A stretch of 64,000 nt of DNA. It comes from Vicugna vicugna (taxonomy: Eukaryota). The notes under the pieces were generated by a model. The model had not been told where the DNA came from. It did not search any database and saw only the letters and a list, made by a program, of their open reading frames with translations. Positions 51,779 to 64,000 of this stretch are shown in pieces. Both the position numbers and the translations under genes were made by a program. The stretch's first letter is position 1. Each line of letters opens with the position of its first letter. The DNA lies in the NCBI GenBank assembly GCA_013265495.1, contig MU058781.1, positions 2,458,158-2,522,157 on the forward strand, read 5' to 3'.

Positions 51779-51839
51779 CAGACTTTAAAAGTCATAGTTT
51801 TTGAGATCCAGACTTTAAAAGTCATAGTTTTTGAGATCC
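51779..51839. repeat. Perfect 30-bp tandem duplication
   Basis: CAGACTTTAAAAGTCATAGTTTTTGAGATC x2. Confidence 0.95.
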
Positions 51840-52939
51840 TTTGGAAAGATGAAAAATGCTTGTTATGTATAAAAATATTTGTGTTAAAATCTACAATTAC
51901 CTGGTCTTTGTGGAAATACTTTTGTTAGCATAGCAGCATTGTGAGAATTTACAATTCTTTCAGATGTTAATTGAGCTTGTGCGAAGTGACTCTGCAGTGT
52001 AGCTCCTGGGGCTGTGTTCTGGGTACTGCCCTAGCCCTAGGCATGTGGAGCTCCCTGGGTGATCTTAAATGATCTTTTAGGTGGACACTCAGCTCAAAAT
52101 ACAGTTTACAAGAGTGACGTTACAGAGAAGACTGTGCAAGAGCTTGTCTTGGTGAATGATAGAGTTGGTCAGATCATCTGGGAGGAGGTGATCTGAGCAG
52201 AGGCGACAGTGCAGATAAAGTGTGATGTGTGAAACGTGGGCGATGTGGACATTTCCAAGAACCGTCTTACCTCCAGGGTGAATTTAACAGTGGGGAGTGT
52301 GCAGGGGTCAGGTGTGTGTGTCTCGAAGGGTGGAAAGGACTGCCTCATTTTCAGCCTACAGCTGCTGCTTCTGAGTACAGGAGGAGCAATGTGTCTTGTT
52401 AGTTGTTCGCCATTCTCATAATTGTTGAACTTTTGGTTGTCTTGCTGTTTGCTAAACATGAAGTGCACAGAATCAAAACGTGCTCGTCTGTGTAGGTTTT
52501 TGTGTTTACTGTTGTGGCCGTTCGTGTATTGATCATTGATGATTTTCTTGAGATTTACATGAACCAGTGGCAAAAATTAAATCTGAGTCCTGATCCGCGA
52601 AACTATATTCCCTTTAGCAGTTTGTTGCTGAGTAATAGGTTATGGCTAAATAAAAGCATATTTGTGAATAATGTGGTTTTGTGTAGCTGGGAAATAAGTT
52701 TTATTGGATGTAAGGAATTTTGTGTATGCAATAGGTAGTAGCCGTGTTTTACTGTTTTTAAAAAATATTTTTCAACATTATAAAATCTAAATGATAAATT
52801 CTGCCGTTTATTGTTTTTCTTACAGTATCCTATATTGAAACAATTAAGGAACATGATGTATCTCTTAGACATTAATGTCATGCAAATTCATTATGTTTTA
52901 GTGACTTGAGCTGTTGATGTCCTTTGTATTTTTTTAACT

Positions 52940-54045
52940 TTTAAAAATTATAGTTGATTTATACTGTTGTATTAGCTTCCGGTGTGCAGCATAGTGATTC
53001 AGTTATATACATATATATATCCTTTTTCATATTCTTTTTCTTTACAAGTTACTACAAGCCATTGAATATAGTTCCCTTTGCTATATAGAAGGACCTTGTT
53101 GTTTATCTATTCGGTACATAATGGTTTATATCTGCCAATCCCAAATTCCCAATTTATCCCTCCCTCCCCACTTTCCCCCTTGTAGCCGTAAGTTTGTTTT
53201 CTATGTCTGTGAGTCTCTTTCTGTTTTGTAAATAAGTTCATTTGTGTCACTTTTTAGATTCCACATATAAGTGATATCATGTGATATTTATCTTTCTCTG
53301 TCTGACTTACTTCACTTAGTATAATCATCTTGAGATCCATCCATGCTGCTGAAAATGGCATTATTTCATTTTTATCACTAAGTATTACTCCATTGTGTAT
53401 AACTTCTTCATTTCCTTCATCCATTCATCTGTCGATGGACATTTAGGTTGCTTCCGTGTCTTGGCTATTGTAAATAGTGCTGCTGTGAACACTGAAGTGC
53501 ATGTATCTTTTCGAATTAGAGTTTCAGCTGGATGTATGCCCAGGAGTAGGAACATTGGATCATATGGTAACTATTTTTAGTGTTTTAAGGAACCTCCGTA
53601 CTGTTCTCCATAGTGGCTGCACCAGTTTACATGCCCACCAACAGTGTAGGAGGGTTCCTTTTTTTCCACACCTTTTCCAACACTTGTTATTTGTAGACTT
53701 GTTTGATGATGGCCATTCTGACCTCACGGTGATACCTCATCATAGTTTTGATTTGCATTTCTCTGACAGTTAGTGATGTTGAGCATCTTTTCATCTGCCT
53801 GTTGGCCATCTGTATGTCCTCTTTTTAAAAAAATTTTTTAAAGTGGCAGCTTCTTTTTACTTATTTATGGCGGTGGGTAATTAGGCTTATTTATTTTTAT
53901 TTTTCAGTGGAGGTACTGGGGATTGAATCCAGGACCTTGTGCATGCTAAGCATGCACTCTACCACTGAGCTATACCCTCCCCTTCTCCATGTCTTCTTTG
54001 AAGAAATGTCTATTTAGATCTTCTGCCCATTTTTTGATTGGGTTG
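52940..54045 (-). mobile_element. LINE-1 3' fragment (antisense), same family as 548-1530, interrupted by a SINE
   Basis: Reverse-complement similarity to 548-1530 (e.g. ttagattccacatataa vs ttatatgtggaatctaa). Confidence 0.92.
53825..53982 (-). mobile_element. Camelid tRNA-derived SINE nested in L1
   Basis: Reverse complement ggggagggtatagctcagtggtagagtgcatgcttagc...; flanks atgtcctcttt / atgtcttcttt. Confidence 0.88.
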
Positions 54046-57000
54046 TGATGTCATTTCTATTGAAGGCAAATAATAATAGTTATTAAGTGCTCCGCTAGAT
54101 CTTATATAGTGTCTTCATAAAGAAGCATAGATACAGTTTCTCAAATGTATTTTTTAATATTTAAGAGCTGCCTTTTGTTGTAGTTGGTTTCTTTTTTTAT
54201 TAGCCTCTGTGCTTTATGCATTTAAAAAGCATTCTGAGAAGAAGTCTATAGATTTTACTAGACTGCAAAGTTATACACTGCACACAAAAAAAGTTAAGAA
54301 CTGTACTCCCCCATCCCCTAAACCTTAAAGCCCGGAAGTGAAGGGACCAGGATGAACTTTAGGAATTAGCAAATAGTTTTGAATCTCTCTACTCTGCCTT
54401 CTAGTAGCTCTGTGGATGAGACATTTAACTTTTGAACTTTATTCTCTGCGTTACAAAATGAGTAATGATATACCTGTCAAAAATGTTGATGAGGATTCAA
54501 ATAGATGCCTTGTGTAATATACCTGGTGGGGTAACTGGCACGTAGGATAAATGTTGTTACCTTTGGTCGTCTTACCAGAGACTAGTTGCGTGTCCTTGAG
54601 CAAATTACTTACCATTTCTTGGTCTTTGTTACGTACTTATCTAAACTAAATGGATTTAGACTCGTCTGTTTCTACTTCAGCTAAAAAAATTCTGAGATCG
54701 TTTCGAAAATTGAGGTTGCCTTTTTCAAATTGGAATGACGTGTCTCCATGTGACACCCCCAAAGGGAGAAGGCACAAACCTTTGTTGACTAAAGGCAGGA
54801 TTATATTGGTGGGCGTTATTTTTTGTTTCTATGCCACCTAGCTTTTCTTTACCAGTTTTCTTTCACTAAATGTTTGCCAGCTTTGGTTGAAACCATGCCT
54901 GTTGTCTCCAGTACCAGCTATGCTGCGATATGGAAGCCATCCTGGTAAACAAGCCTGTCTTTGGGGTGGGGTGGGGCAGTAGGAATCCCGCTTCAATTTT
55001 GACAGCAACATTCTTGCATTTTGTGACTGGTCACCCTCTCTCGCTTATCTTCACTTCCAGTCGTTCTTTAATTTTTTTTTCCCCCATCGGTGCCAAGTTG
55101 GTAAGAAGGCCATAGAATTGGTCGGTGAGGGGTGGGTGGGGCGGGCTGGCAGAGGCTTATAATAAAATAGAAGTAGACAGTCAAGGGTCTTGATTGCAGA
55201 GAATAGAAACAGACTCTCACTCAGTGAAGGGATTCGTTGGAAAGATACCAGATAGCTCACGTAATCGCCAGCACAGGTGGTTATCAGTGTTTAAAAGGCA
55301 GGTAGGAAGCTGTGTGTGCAGCCGAATCTGCAGGGTGACAGCAGAGAGCTGCATGGTGAGGTTTCCACGTGGGGCACTCCGGGATCCTGGACCGCGCGTG
55401 GCGGGGAGACCCTGTGAATAAGCGCCCGGGGGCCAGCGTACAGGGCGCGTGGTGGTTGCCTGACCTCGCCCTGCAGCCAGTCTGGCAGAGGGGGCACCTG
55501 GCCCGGTAGCCCTGGAGAGAGGATGGAGGGCCTCACCTGGTGGTGGAGGATTCAGATGCTGGGCAGCTCAGGGGAAGTACAAACAAAAGGAAAGATGAGT
55601 GTTTTCTGCTGCTGGGCGCAGGAGTTGTTGGAAGTGCTTGTCGTTGGTGAGTTTGAGTGCACCTGCGGGGAGGGTGTGTGCATGTGCCTGCTTTTGGGGG
55701 GGGGGGCACCCGCGGCTCTCATCAGAGTCCTCAGAGGGCCTTTGATCCAGGAGCAGCCGAAAAACACTCTGTAATAAAGAGATGTAATGTGTTTGAAGCT
55801 TTGCTTTTCCACCAGGTGGTGCAAATCTTTTATGATGTTCACAGAAGTTAAATCCTCTTATAAGACAAGACAAATTTTAAATTAAGTCATTTTCCTTAGA
55901 GTTTATTTCAACCACGTGATGAAGGATTGTCAGTCTGATTCTTGCCTTCTTTCTGTCTTTAATAAACAAGTGGATTTATGTAACTTAAAATGTTGGCCAT
56001 TGGTTTAAATTAACCATAGATTTTTGAGACTGTAATACACTGTTTTGTTCTTTCTAGAAAAAAAAAAGAACTATGAGAACTGGGGAAAAGTAGTAATATA
56101 GTCAATATGCTGATGGCTTTATGCTCTTTATGAAGCTAGAAACACTCAATTTCTATAACTTTTTGCCCGACAGAAAATGTCTGTGATTTAAATTTTTGAA
56201 GATTAAGGGATATCTTAGCAGACACGTCACCCTTTACCTGTCTTGTAATGTGACCCAGGTGACAACTAGGATTGTCACTGGGGCAGGAAGGGACGCTACT
56301 GAATGGAATAGGCCCCTTGATTCAATTTTCCATCTGTGTGGGGTGGAAAGAAGGTGGGGTAGGGTCGCTGTGCTCAAAGTGGAAATATTTCATTGTCGGG
56401 ATAAAGACAAGAGTGGATTTTCAGTTTGAGTATGTTTAAAGTTATCTTAGAAACTTGGAAAATTTTCAGTTTGGACAAGTTCTGAATATATTGGGGGAAA
56501 GTATTTGAGTATACTTACATACCATTAGCAGAGTTAAAAATGTGTATTCAGATTACCTTTTAATAGTTCAGAGGTAGTTAAACATTTGAATTTGACTATT
56601 TTAATAGTTTGGATGTTTATACCAGTGGCTCGCTAGTAACAGTTCGAATTGATACCTAACAATGGTTAAAATAGTCCAAGCCAGCCAGATAGCCTCGAGG
56701 TTCATGCTGTGTGTCTAGAATTTAGACGAGAACTTATTTAAATAAGGTCCTTTTTGATATTACTTGTAACTCTACTCTTTAGGCATGGTCATTGTTTCTC
56801 AAAATTTTTTTTTCATTATTGCCTCCAAATCTGTGGACTCTCTTATGAGCTAGTCTACACCAGCCAACACGTATAATGTTTTTCTGAGGGAAAATAAATT
56901 TAAATTTCTAATTTCAAGTGGAAGGTTTTCACTTGAACTTTAAAGCTGTGGCATGTTAACTAGGACTCACTGGGGGCAGCACAGTGTACCTCCGGAAGCT

Positions 57001-58394
57001 TAACCCCAGCCCCGTTAGCGGCCCTCCAGCCACCCCTCTCTGACTCCAGCCAGTGCAGTTTGCAGTTGCTGTGTCAGCACTGGCCTCCACCTTCCCAAGC
57101 CGACGGCCCCACATCCCTCCTCTGGACTCCTGGAGCCTCCACTGTGCTGCTCACCTGTAGGTGTCTGTGGAGCTTTAATTTCTGGTGATGGGTTTCTATG
57201 GCTATTTAGCCAATTGTCGGGAACCAGACCAGAGAGACCAGCAGGGTGATGAGACAGCATGTGGGTCTCAGCACCTGCACCCCTGTGCCTAATGCTGGTC
57301 GTCCACTGGGCACTTCTGTACATACCGTTATTCAGAAGTTAGACTGTGTGATGTGGGTGTGGATCCAAGTAATCCATCATCCGTCTCGGACCAGCAGCTG
57401 GGCCCCTGGTCCTTGGAGGGTCCTATGAATTGCTTAGTAGATGGAGAAGCGGGAGATTTGCTCCACGTTAGCACTGGCTCCTGACCTGTTCAATTAATCT
57501 GAAAGGAAGGTGGAGCCTGTTTGAATCCCTTTGACATGCTGGTGGAGATTTACTTGGTGTGTATACTTCCTTTAATATGTCCTGAGTGGGGCACAGTTTT
57601 CAAAGTGCGAGCAGAGTGGAGAGGTGGCTCAGGGATATTGTACCGCTTACTCCAGAATGCAGTGGGGATGGCACTGCCTGGGGTTGTGCAACGGGCACAG
57701 CCCAGAGCTGGCTGGTTAATTTCTTCAGTAATTCAGGTCGAGTTATGTTTGCTACGGAAGTGAGCCTCTCTGCTGAGAGACCCTTGTCAGTGGAGATTGA
57801 CCCACCGGAGCCTCCGAGGGAGTATGTGCTGTGTGTAAACAGCTTTTTATAACAGATCTCAAACCTCATTTATTAACAATTAAACATGCATTATGACTTT
57901 TACAGTGCATGCCTATTAAATGCTTTCTATAACACCTGTAGTGGCACAGACATGGCTTATAAAAATTTGGTTATAACATTTATAGATATTGGGAAGCCGT
58001 GCTTTTCAATCGTGTTTTAAATTCTACCCATTTGAAATCCAGCAGTTCATTGGTATTCTTAATACTTGAAATTTCTTTTTATAAATGAATGTGATTTTCA
58101 AAGGAGTATTAAATATCTTTTGTGAAACATTGACTAAAGAGATGAAATACATGCGGTAATTTAAATTACCCAAAATACACTGGGAGAAAATTTTAAAAAT
58201 AATTTTAGCAATATCGAAACTAAAAATTTTACCTTGGTTGTCCGGAGTATCTGAATTACCTTTGTAGATTTTATAAACCTTAAGATTGTGTCAGTTTTTT
58301 AAAATGGGTTTTCAAACACTTTGACATTCTAAACTTGAGTAGTAATTTAAAAATTAGCCATATGGTAATAATACTTTGTATATGCTATTATGGA

Positions 58395-58605
58395 TAGTGG
58401 CCAACATTTATTGAGTTCTTACTGCATTTCTGGACCTGTCCTAATCTCATTGCTTCATTTAATCCCCCAAAAATATCCTTTAGCAAGTTGGTACTTGCTT
58501 GTTCCCATTTGAGAAAGAGGAAAACCGAGGTGACTAGGAGCCAGAAGCCACACGTCCCACGGGAACTGAATGGCAGAGCCAAGAATAGAAGTGGAGTCCT
58601 GGTCT
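58395..58605. mobile_element. MIR
   Basis: aacatttattgag...cccatttgagaaagaggaaaaccgagg core-like motif. Confidence 0.6.
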
Positions 58606-61600
58606 GTCTCACGAAACCTTTACCTGTCACCTTACTGCTGCCACACTTGGAAGTGCATAAAATGCTATTTAGATGCTTTTTGCAGTAATTTTTAAGTGAC
58701 ATAATAGTAACAACTGAATGCCTATGAGATATGTGTAAGTCTTATTAAAATTCAAATTTGGAGACGTGCTAGCATAAAGTGTAACCCTTGTCTAGTGATG
58801 TATCAGGATGCTAAGAGACCGTTCAGTTTTAAATGATTGGAGGCACTTTGCTGAGGTGATTGTCAAAGGGATCAGGAAGCTGGCCAGCGGGTGAAGCAGT
58901 GTTCGGGGAGGAATCCCTGGGAAGATGAAGGAGGTGGGTCGTGTTGCTGCTCACTTTGTGCGGGCACTGTGCCGGTCTCCGCGCTCACGGTGTTGGGGAG
59001 GCAGGGTCCTCAGCCCCAGGAAGTGGAGGTCGCCTGTCCCAGGTCACTCAGCCCCCCAGCAAAACTGTTAGAGACGCGCAGCCTCCCTGGACCTCTTTCG
59101 CCACCTGGCCCCATTGCTGATTGCTGCTGCACTGGCTGCCCTTCCCTCACTCAGCTTTGGGGGGCGTTGTCCGAGGGTGGTGTTTCCCTCTGCTTTCATC
59201 CCTAAATTCCTGGAGCGTTGGGTCCTTCCATGCAGGCCGCTGCTGTTGACGCACCGAGGAGATGACATTTTAACTTGCTGCTCTCTTCGCCTTAAGGTGT
59301 TAACCTGCTGCCAAGGAATACTGAGTTTTCTTGATGAGCCAGCGAGGGAGGAGTTTCAGACCCCATTTTGGATTCATTGCACTCTTGTGTTGAGAATGGC
59401 AGCCTCCTTGTTTTTTAGCATCTGAGTACTTGAGCAGTTTGCGGGTTGGGGGTGTGGTGGAGACCCTCCGAGTTTATCCATGAACTCTGCTTACCTTTTG
59501 TGTTCCATCCAGCAGTCATGATCCACCTGGAACCTCCTTTTCTTGTCAGCCTGTGTGCCCGTGGGTGTTGTAAGCTTTTCCCAGGCTCTCTGTTAAGCAG
59601 GCACCCCATTTGAAGGGACAGTTATTTGTTCCTCTTAAAAAGTCATGAATTCTGAGCACCTTGGGGTTCACTGGTGAGGGCGGGAGGGCTGTGCAGAGCA
59701 TGTGGCTGGCCGTGGGAAGGCACCTCAGCACTGTTCCTGAAAACAGCGTATTACTGAGGCCCAAGAGTTCCAGTTTTTCTAATTCTTTCCGTAAGGCGAT
59801 GCAAATTTGCTTGAATAAAGAATTGTGATTGTATTTTTCTAAACTTTGCCACCCAGACATTAAATGACCATTTAGGACTTGGAAGCGATGGCTTGTATTT
59901 TCAACACTCTGTTTCCCTACGTCTCCTGGCCTTCCAACCGAAAATCTCATCCCTCTCAAAACGCTTACCCTTTTTTTAGTTAGTCATCAAGATGTTACTT
60001 GTGATTTACAGAGTATTTCAAAACATGCATGTGAACCTGTTGTTAATGGCACCTAGGTACATTCTATCTGAAAACCCAATATACAAGTCCAAAATAAAAT
60101 GCTTATTTTTCAAAATAGGTCTCCAGTTGAGTTGAAGAACTCCAGGAGTTAAAAACAGATTTCTACCCTTTCTAATAGTATTTCAATAAAAATGTCCTTA
60201 ATCTTTGAGAAACTGGCACATGGGCTCGTTTTGTGACACTTTCTTCCCAGGTACTGGCTTGCCTTTGAGCAAAATGGCAAAGCAGTTCCTTCTGCTTGGG
60301 AACATCGTTATATTTTCTCACCACTAGTCTGTTCAGTTCAAACAGAATCAAGTCTCGAAGTGTTTATGTGATACCTACTGGCTTCTTACTGCATTTTAAC
60401 AACAATGTCAGAAAAGGATCTTAAAATTCATTGGGTATAGAATTATGGATTCCAGCGTCTAGCCAACTCTTGGTTGTCCAAAGGAGAATGGCTGAGTAGA
60501 GATACAAAAAGAGATGTGTGTGGGGAGGTCGGGTGAGGTGACTCTCAAAAGATTTCTAACCATAACATTCAGTATGGGGTTTAGATTAGCAAATAATAGA
60601 CCCTTGAAACAGGTGCTAAGAAAGAGGTGCATAGAAGTTTGGGGTTCATAATATTATGGCAGAATCCACGTGTGTTTAAGGTGAAAGGTGATTTGGGCAC
60701 ACGCCCCTCCCCACGAGCAGCCCCCCATCGGAAGGGCTCTCTGCGCTCCCCCCCACCCTCTCCCTTTGCTCTGTTTCTCTGGCTCTCTCTCAGAAGGTGG
60801 GCGGGTCATCACCCTGGGGAAGAGGAGCCAGGGATGTCTGAGCTCCCAGGCAGCTGTGGTTGCCGTGTTTGGGGACCATCCTGCCAGCTGCTCTGCCTGA
60901 TCCGTTGCTTCTCTTTCACCAACTATCGATTATTAAAAACCTAACAAGTGCTTTTCGATACATAAACTCCACCCAGTTCTCTGTTAAAAAATAACACAAG
61001 TAGCCAAAGAAGATAATTTTGTCTGCTCCCTCGGGTAAGAAATACCATTGTGATGTAGGGAAAAAGGATGGAAGTATGATTTACTGATGATTCAAGGTCA
61101 TTTAAAAACAAATTGAATTTGTGTCTCTCTCACTAGTAAGTGTATACTTTTCCTGGCAAGTGTGAACAGTTCTATTGAATAAACTTCCTTCTTCTAGCAT
61201 ACCCTGTTTAGGATTTCAACAATTTTTATTATGTAATGAGTGAACATTTCTTTTGTGAAATTTTGCTTCCTTTTTACATGTAACTGTTCTAGTGAGAAAG
61301 AGCTGGAATTTGGTGACCTGGTTTGTGACATTAAAATGAGGCTGTGAATGCAGACGTTCACCAGGAGAGTGCCTGTGACGATGTGCTGGCGGGCGTCGCG
61401 GGCTCCCTGGTGCAGGGTGTAGGTCAGTGCGCGCTCCATGTCTCTGGTCCTGTAGCTCCTGAGAAATCTGAAGCCTCCGGTCTGATCAGCTCAGCCTGAG
61501 CCTCTGGCCTCTAACCTGTCCAAACGCTGACACTGTTATCTGCCCTGGACGCAGCGGCACCTGTTCCGATAGCCCAGGGGGAGCAGCCTGTCTTCAGGAG

Positions 61601-64000
61601 ACCACTGTCAGTGTCCCCACTTACTCCCTGTGTCATAGATAAGCCTTAACATCCTCACCTGTAAACGGGAGAGGTCCTGCCCACCACAGATGTGTGTGAT
61701 AGATTCAGTCCTGTAATACATCAAAGGAGCTGGTACAGCGACTGGGGAGGTATTCATTGAATCTGAATTGTCTCCTCCCTGCCTCCCCTCAAAAACCAGA
61801 AAATGTTCCTTTTCCTTTCAGGATGAGCTGCTGGTCCTGGCAGTCAGACAGTCCACGCTCCTCCCCCTCCAGCCAGCCTCACCGAAGGTGTCCTCACCGT
61901 ACCCTCTGGCCTGGCCCTGCCCCTGTGCTTCATCCAAACAGACTGCATTCTTTTGTTTTGCCAAGTCTTTGCTCAGCCTTCTCTTCAGTTGGCTGTGCTC
62001 TTGCTCTTGGGCTCCACCAGTTGAAATGCTATATTGATGATGCTCAGACGTGGTGGGAGACGGAGTGTCTGGGAGCTACAGTCCAGGTGCTGGGTGTGTT
62101 CACTGCTGCTGAGTTGGCCATGGTTCCCAGGCTTATTCGGTAGACTCTGCGTGTGTGTGTGTGCTTACACAGATACACACATGTATTTTAAGACAGAAAT
62201 CAGGACTAGAGGGTTTTTACTTACCCTCTTTGATCTTACATCTATATCTCCTTTCTCTCACAGTGAGAAACCTTGATTCTCAAATGCTCCTGGAATGATG
62301 GAATTACTTGCTTTACCTCGTGATATACCCAGAGTAGTTTGAGAGTAGTAACACCAGCACCACCATCAACATTTTTTTGCGTTTTCCTTTTTCCTTAGTG
62401 TACGTACCACTAGGGATATGTGGTCGAAGTGTTGTGTTTTAATGTCTCTTGTTCCTCTTTGCATGGCTGTGCCGCAACTCAGCACATACTGATTTTGTTT
62501 TTGAATCTTAGGGATGGTTTGATTTTACATTTTTGTTTTGTAATTACATAAAATATTCACGCGGTTCCCAAGTGTAATCTAGAAAACAAGTTTTTGTGAA
62601 AAGAAGTCCAGCTCCCGCTGTGTCCTCCTCCTGCGATAAGTAGCCATTCAGAAAATTTTGGTTTGTGCTTCCGTTTTTGTCTTTCCTTTGTGTGTATTTG
62701 TGTAAATACATGTACTATGTAATTTACATGGGTAATTTATATAGATGAAATATAGAAGTGTGGGTATATGCATGTGTACGCTGACCTATGCTTTGTATTT
62801 CCAAAGGGAACGAGTCTAGTTACACTGCACGTTAACACACAGACTGTAACCGTCTTTGTTTTTGGCTGTTTTTCCTGTGGGCAGGGAGGTTGTGGGGGAG
62901 AATGGTGCATGGGTCGGTATTTCTGCCTATCTGAGGTACTTTGGAGTATTGTATTTGGTTCACATGTTTGATGACTGTGTTAATAATTGGATTGATACCA
63001 ATGTTTATGCTGTAGGAATTAAGGTAGGAAGAACAGAGTATAGTTCATCTTTCTCCCTCCATAGGTAGACTTAACAAAAAAATATTATTTGTTAATATAC
63101 GTCTGTTGCAGAAAATTTGAAAGATCCACATACTCACAAAAATTATAGTCACTCGTAATTGTATCATCCGGAGATAATTACTGACAATTTGATGTATTTC
63201 ATATGTATATAGGCATCCATGTATCTAGACTCCATACATGCACATTTACACACGTATGCATGTGAACATATGGTTGCATATGTGGATCATATAGTCTGTG
63301 TTTTGTGGTACTTCCCTTTCATGGTGTCTGTCACTAGTATTTCTCAGTGTCATTAGAATTCCTTATAGACAGTGTTTCCAATGACTACGTGATATTGCAT
63401 CATATTACTTTGTGCCATAATTAACATTCTCTTGCTGTTGTGTGGTTGGTTAGTTTCCATTTTATCTGATCATTATCGTGGAACCTCTTTTTTCACTTGT
63501 CTGATTAACATGATTTTGTGGTATAGCATATGATTGTTCAAAAGTGTCTTGCTTCTTGTTTACTAAAATGAGCATTTGAGAAGCCAGTTCAGGATTGTAA
63601 TACTCCATTTTTGTATTTATCCCACAATAATTTTAAGGAAAAAACCTTTGTATTTTAAATACCTGTTTTAGAAGTTATCTTTGTTAGTTTCAGTTTGATC
63701 TCCTTTCATCCACTCTTTCATGAAATGTAGATTGAGTGTCTTCATGTCCTCAGACTGCAGTGCAAAATGAGATGGACGGGTTTCCTGCTCTTGTGGAGCT
63801 TACTGTTCACTGGGAAAGTATGGTACGAGATATTTACCTTAATCATTATAGGATTACAGGTATAATAAATGTTACAACCCAAAAGTTACAGTGGGCTGTT
63901 AGAACGTATACTTGAGGAATCTAAACTGGAAAGAAAAGAGAATTCTTCAGTTTTAATTATTCTCATTAATTTTATTATTTTTTGTGGGTTCTGTTTTAAA

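Larger units (their letters stand above)
34120..64000 (+). other. HIVEP1: HIVEP1 intron 2 (continues past the window end)
   Basis: No exon encoding the expected continuation (DKIEEAQKEL...) is seen after the exon 2 donor; the sequence is repeat-rich and non-coding. Confidence 0.8.

Overview
Mammalian genomic DNA, most likely camelid: it carries tRNA-derived vic-1-like SINEs and artiodactyl-type L1 3' ends. The right half holds the 5' end of HIVEP1 on the + strand. This includes an upstream CpG island with a candidate alternative first exon (about 27.1-27.9 kb) and the main CpG island with non-coding exon 1 (about 30.7-31.7 kb, core promoter partly hidden by an 886-N gap). Exon 2 (33977-34119) encodes MPRTKQIHPRNLR, and the rest of the window is intron 2. 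The left half looks like repeat-filled intergenic DNA in the ORF track. Reading between the repeats, however, reveals an ordered chain of about 20 exon-like remnants on the + strand (about 1-27025), many with phase-compatible junctions. Their translation follows the motif order of a dynein heavy chain linker (DHC_N2) plus AAA1 module, with many stops and frameshifts. This is a probable decayed dynein-heavy-chain-like unitary pseudogene running up to the HIVEP1 promoter. The homology is my by-eye inference against recalled consensus motifs and needs an HMM or TBLASTN test. Almost all ORF-track entries are repeat-, GC- or gap-derived and are not genes.
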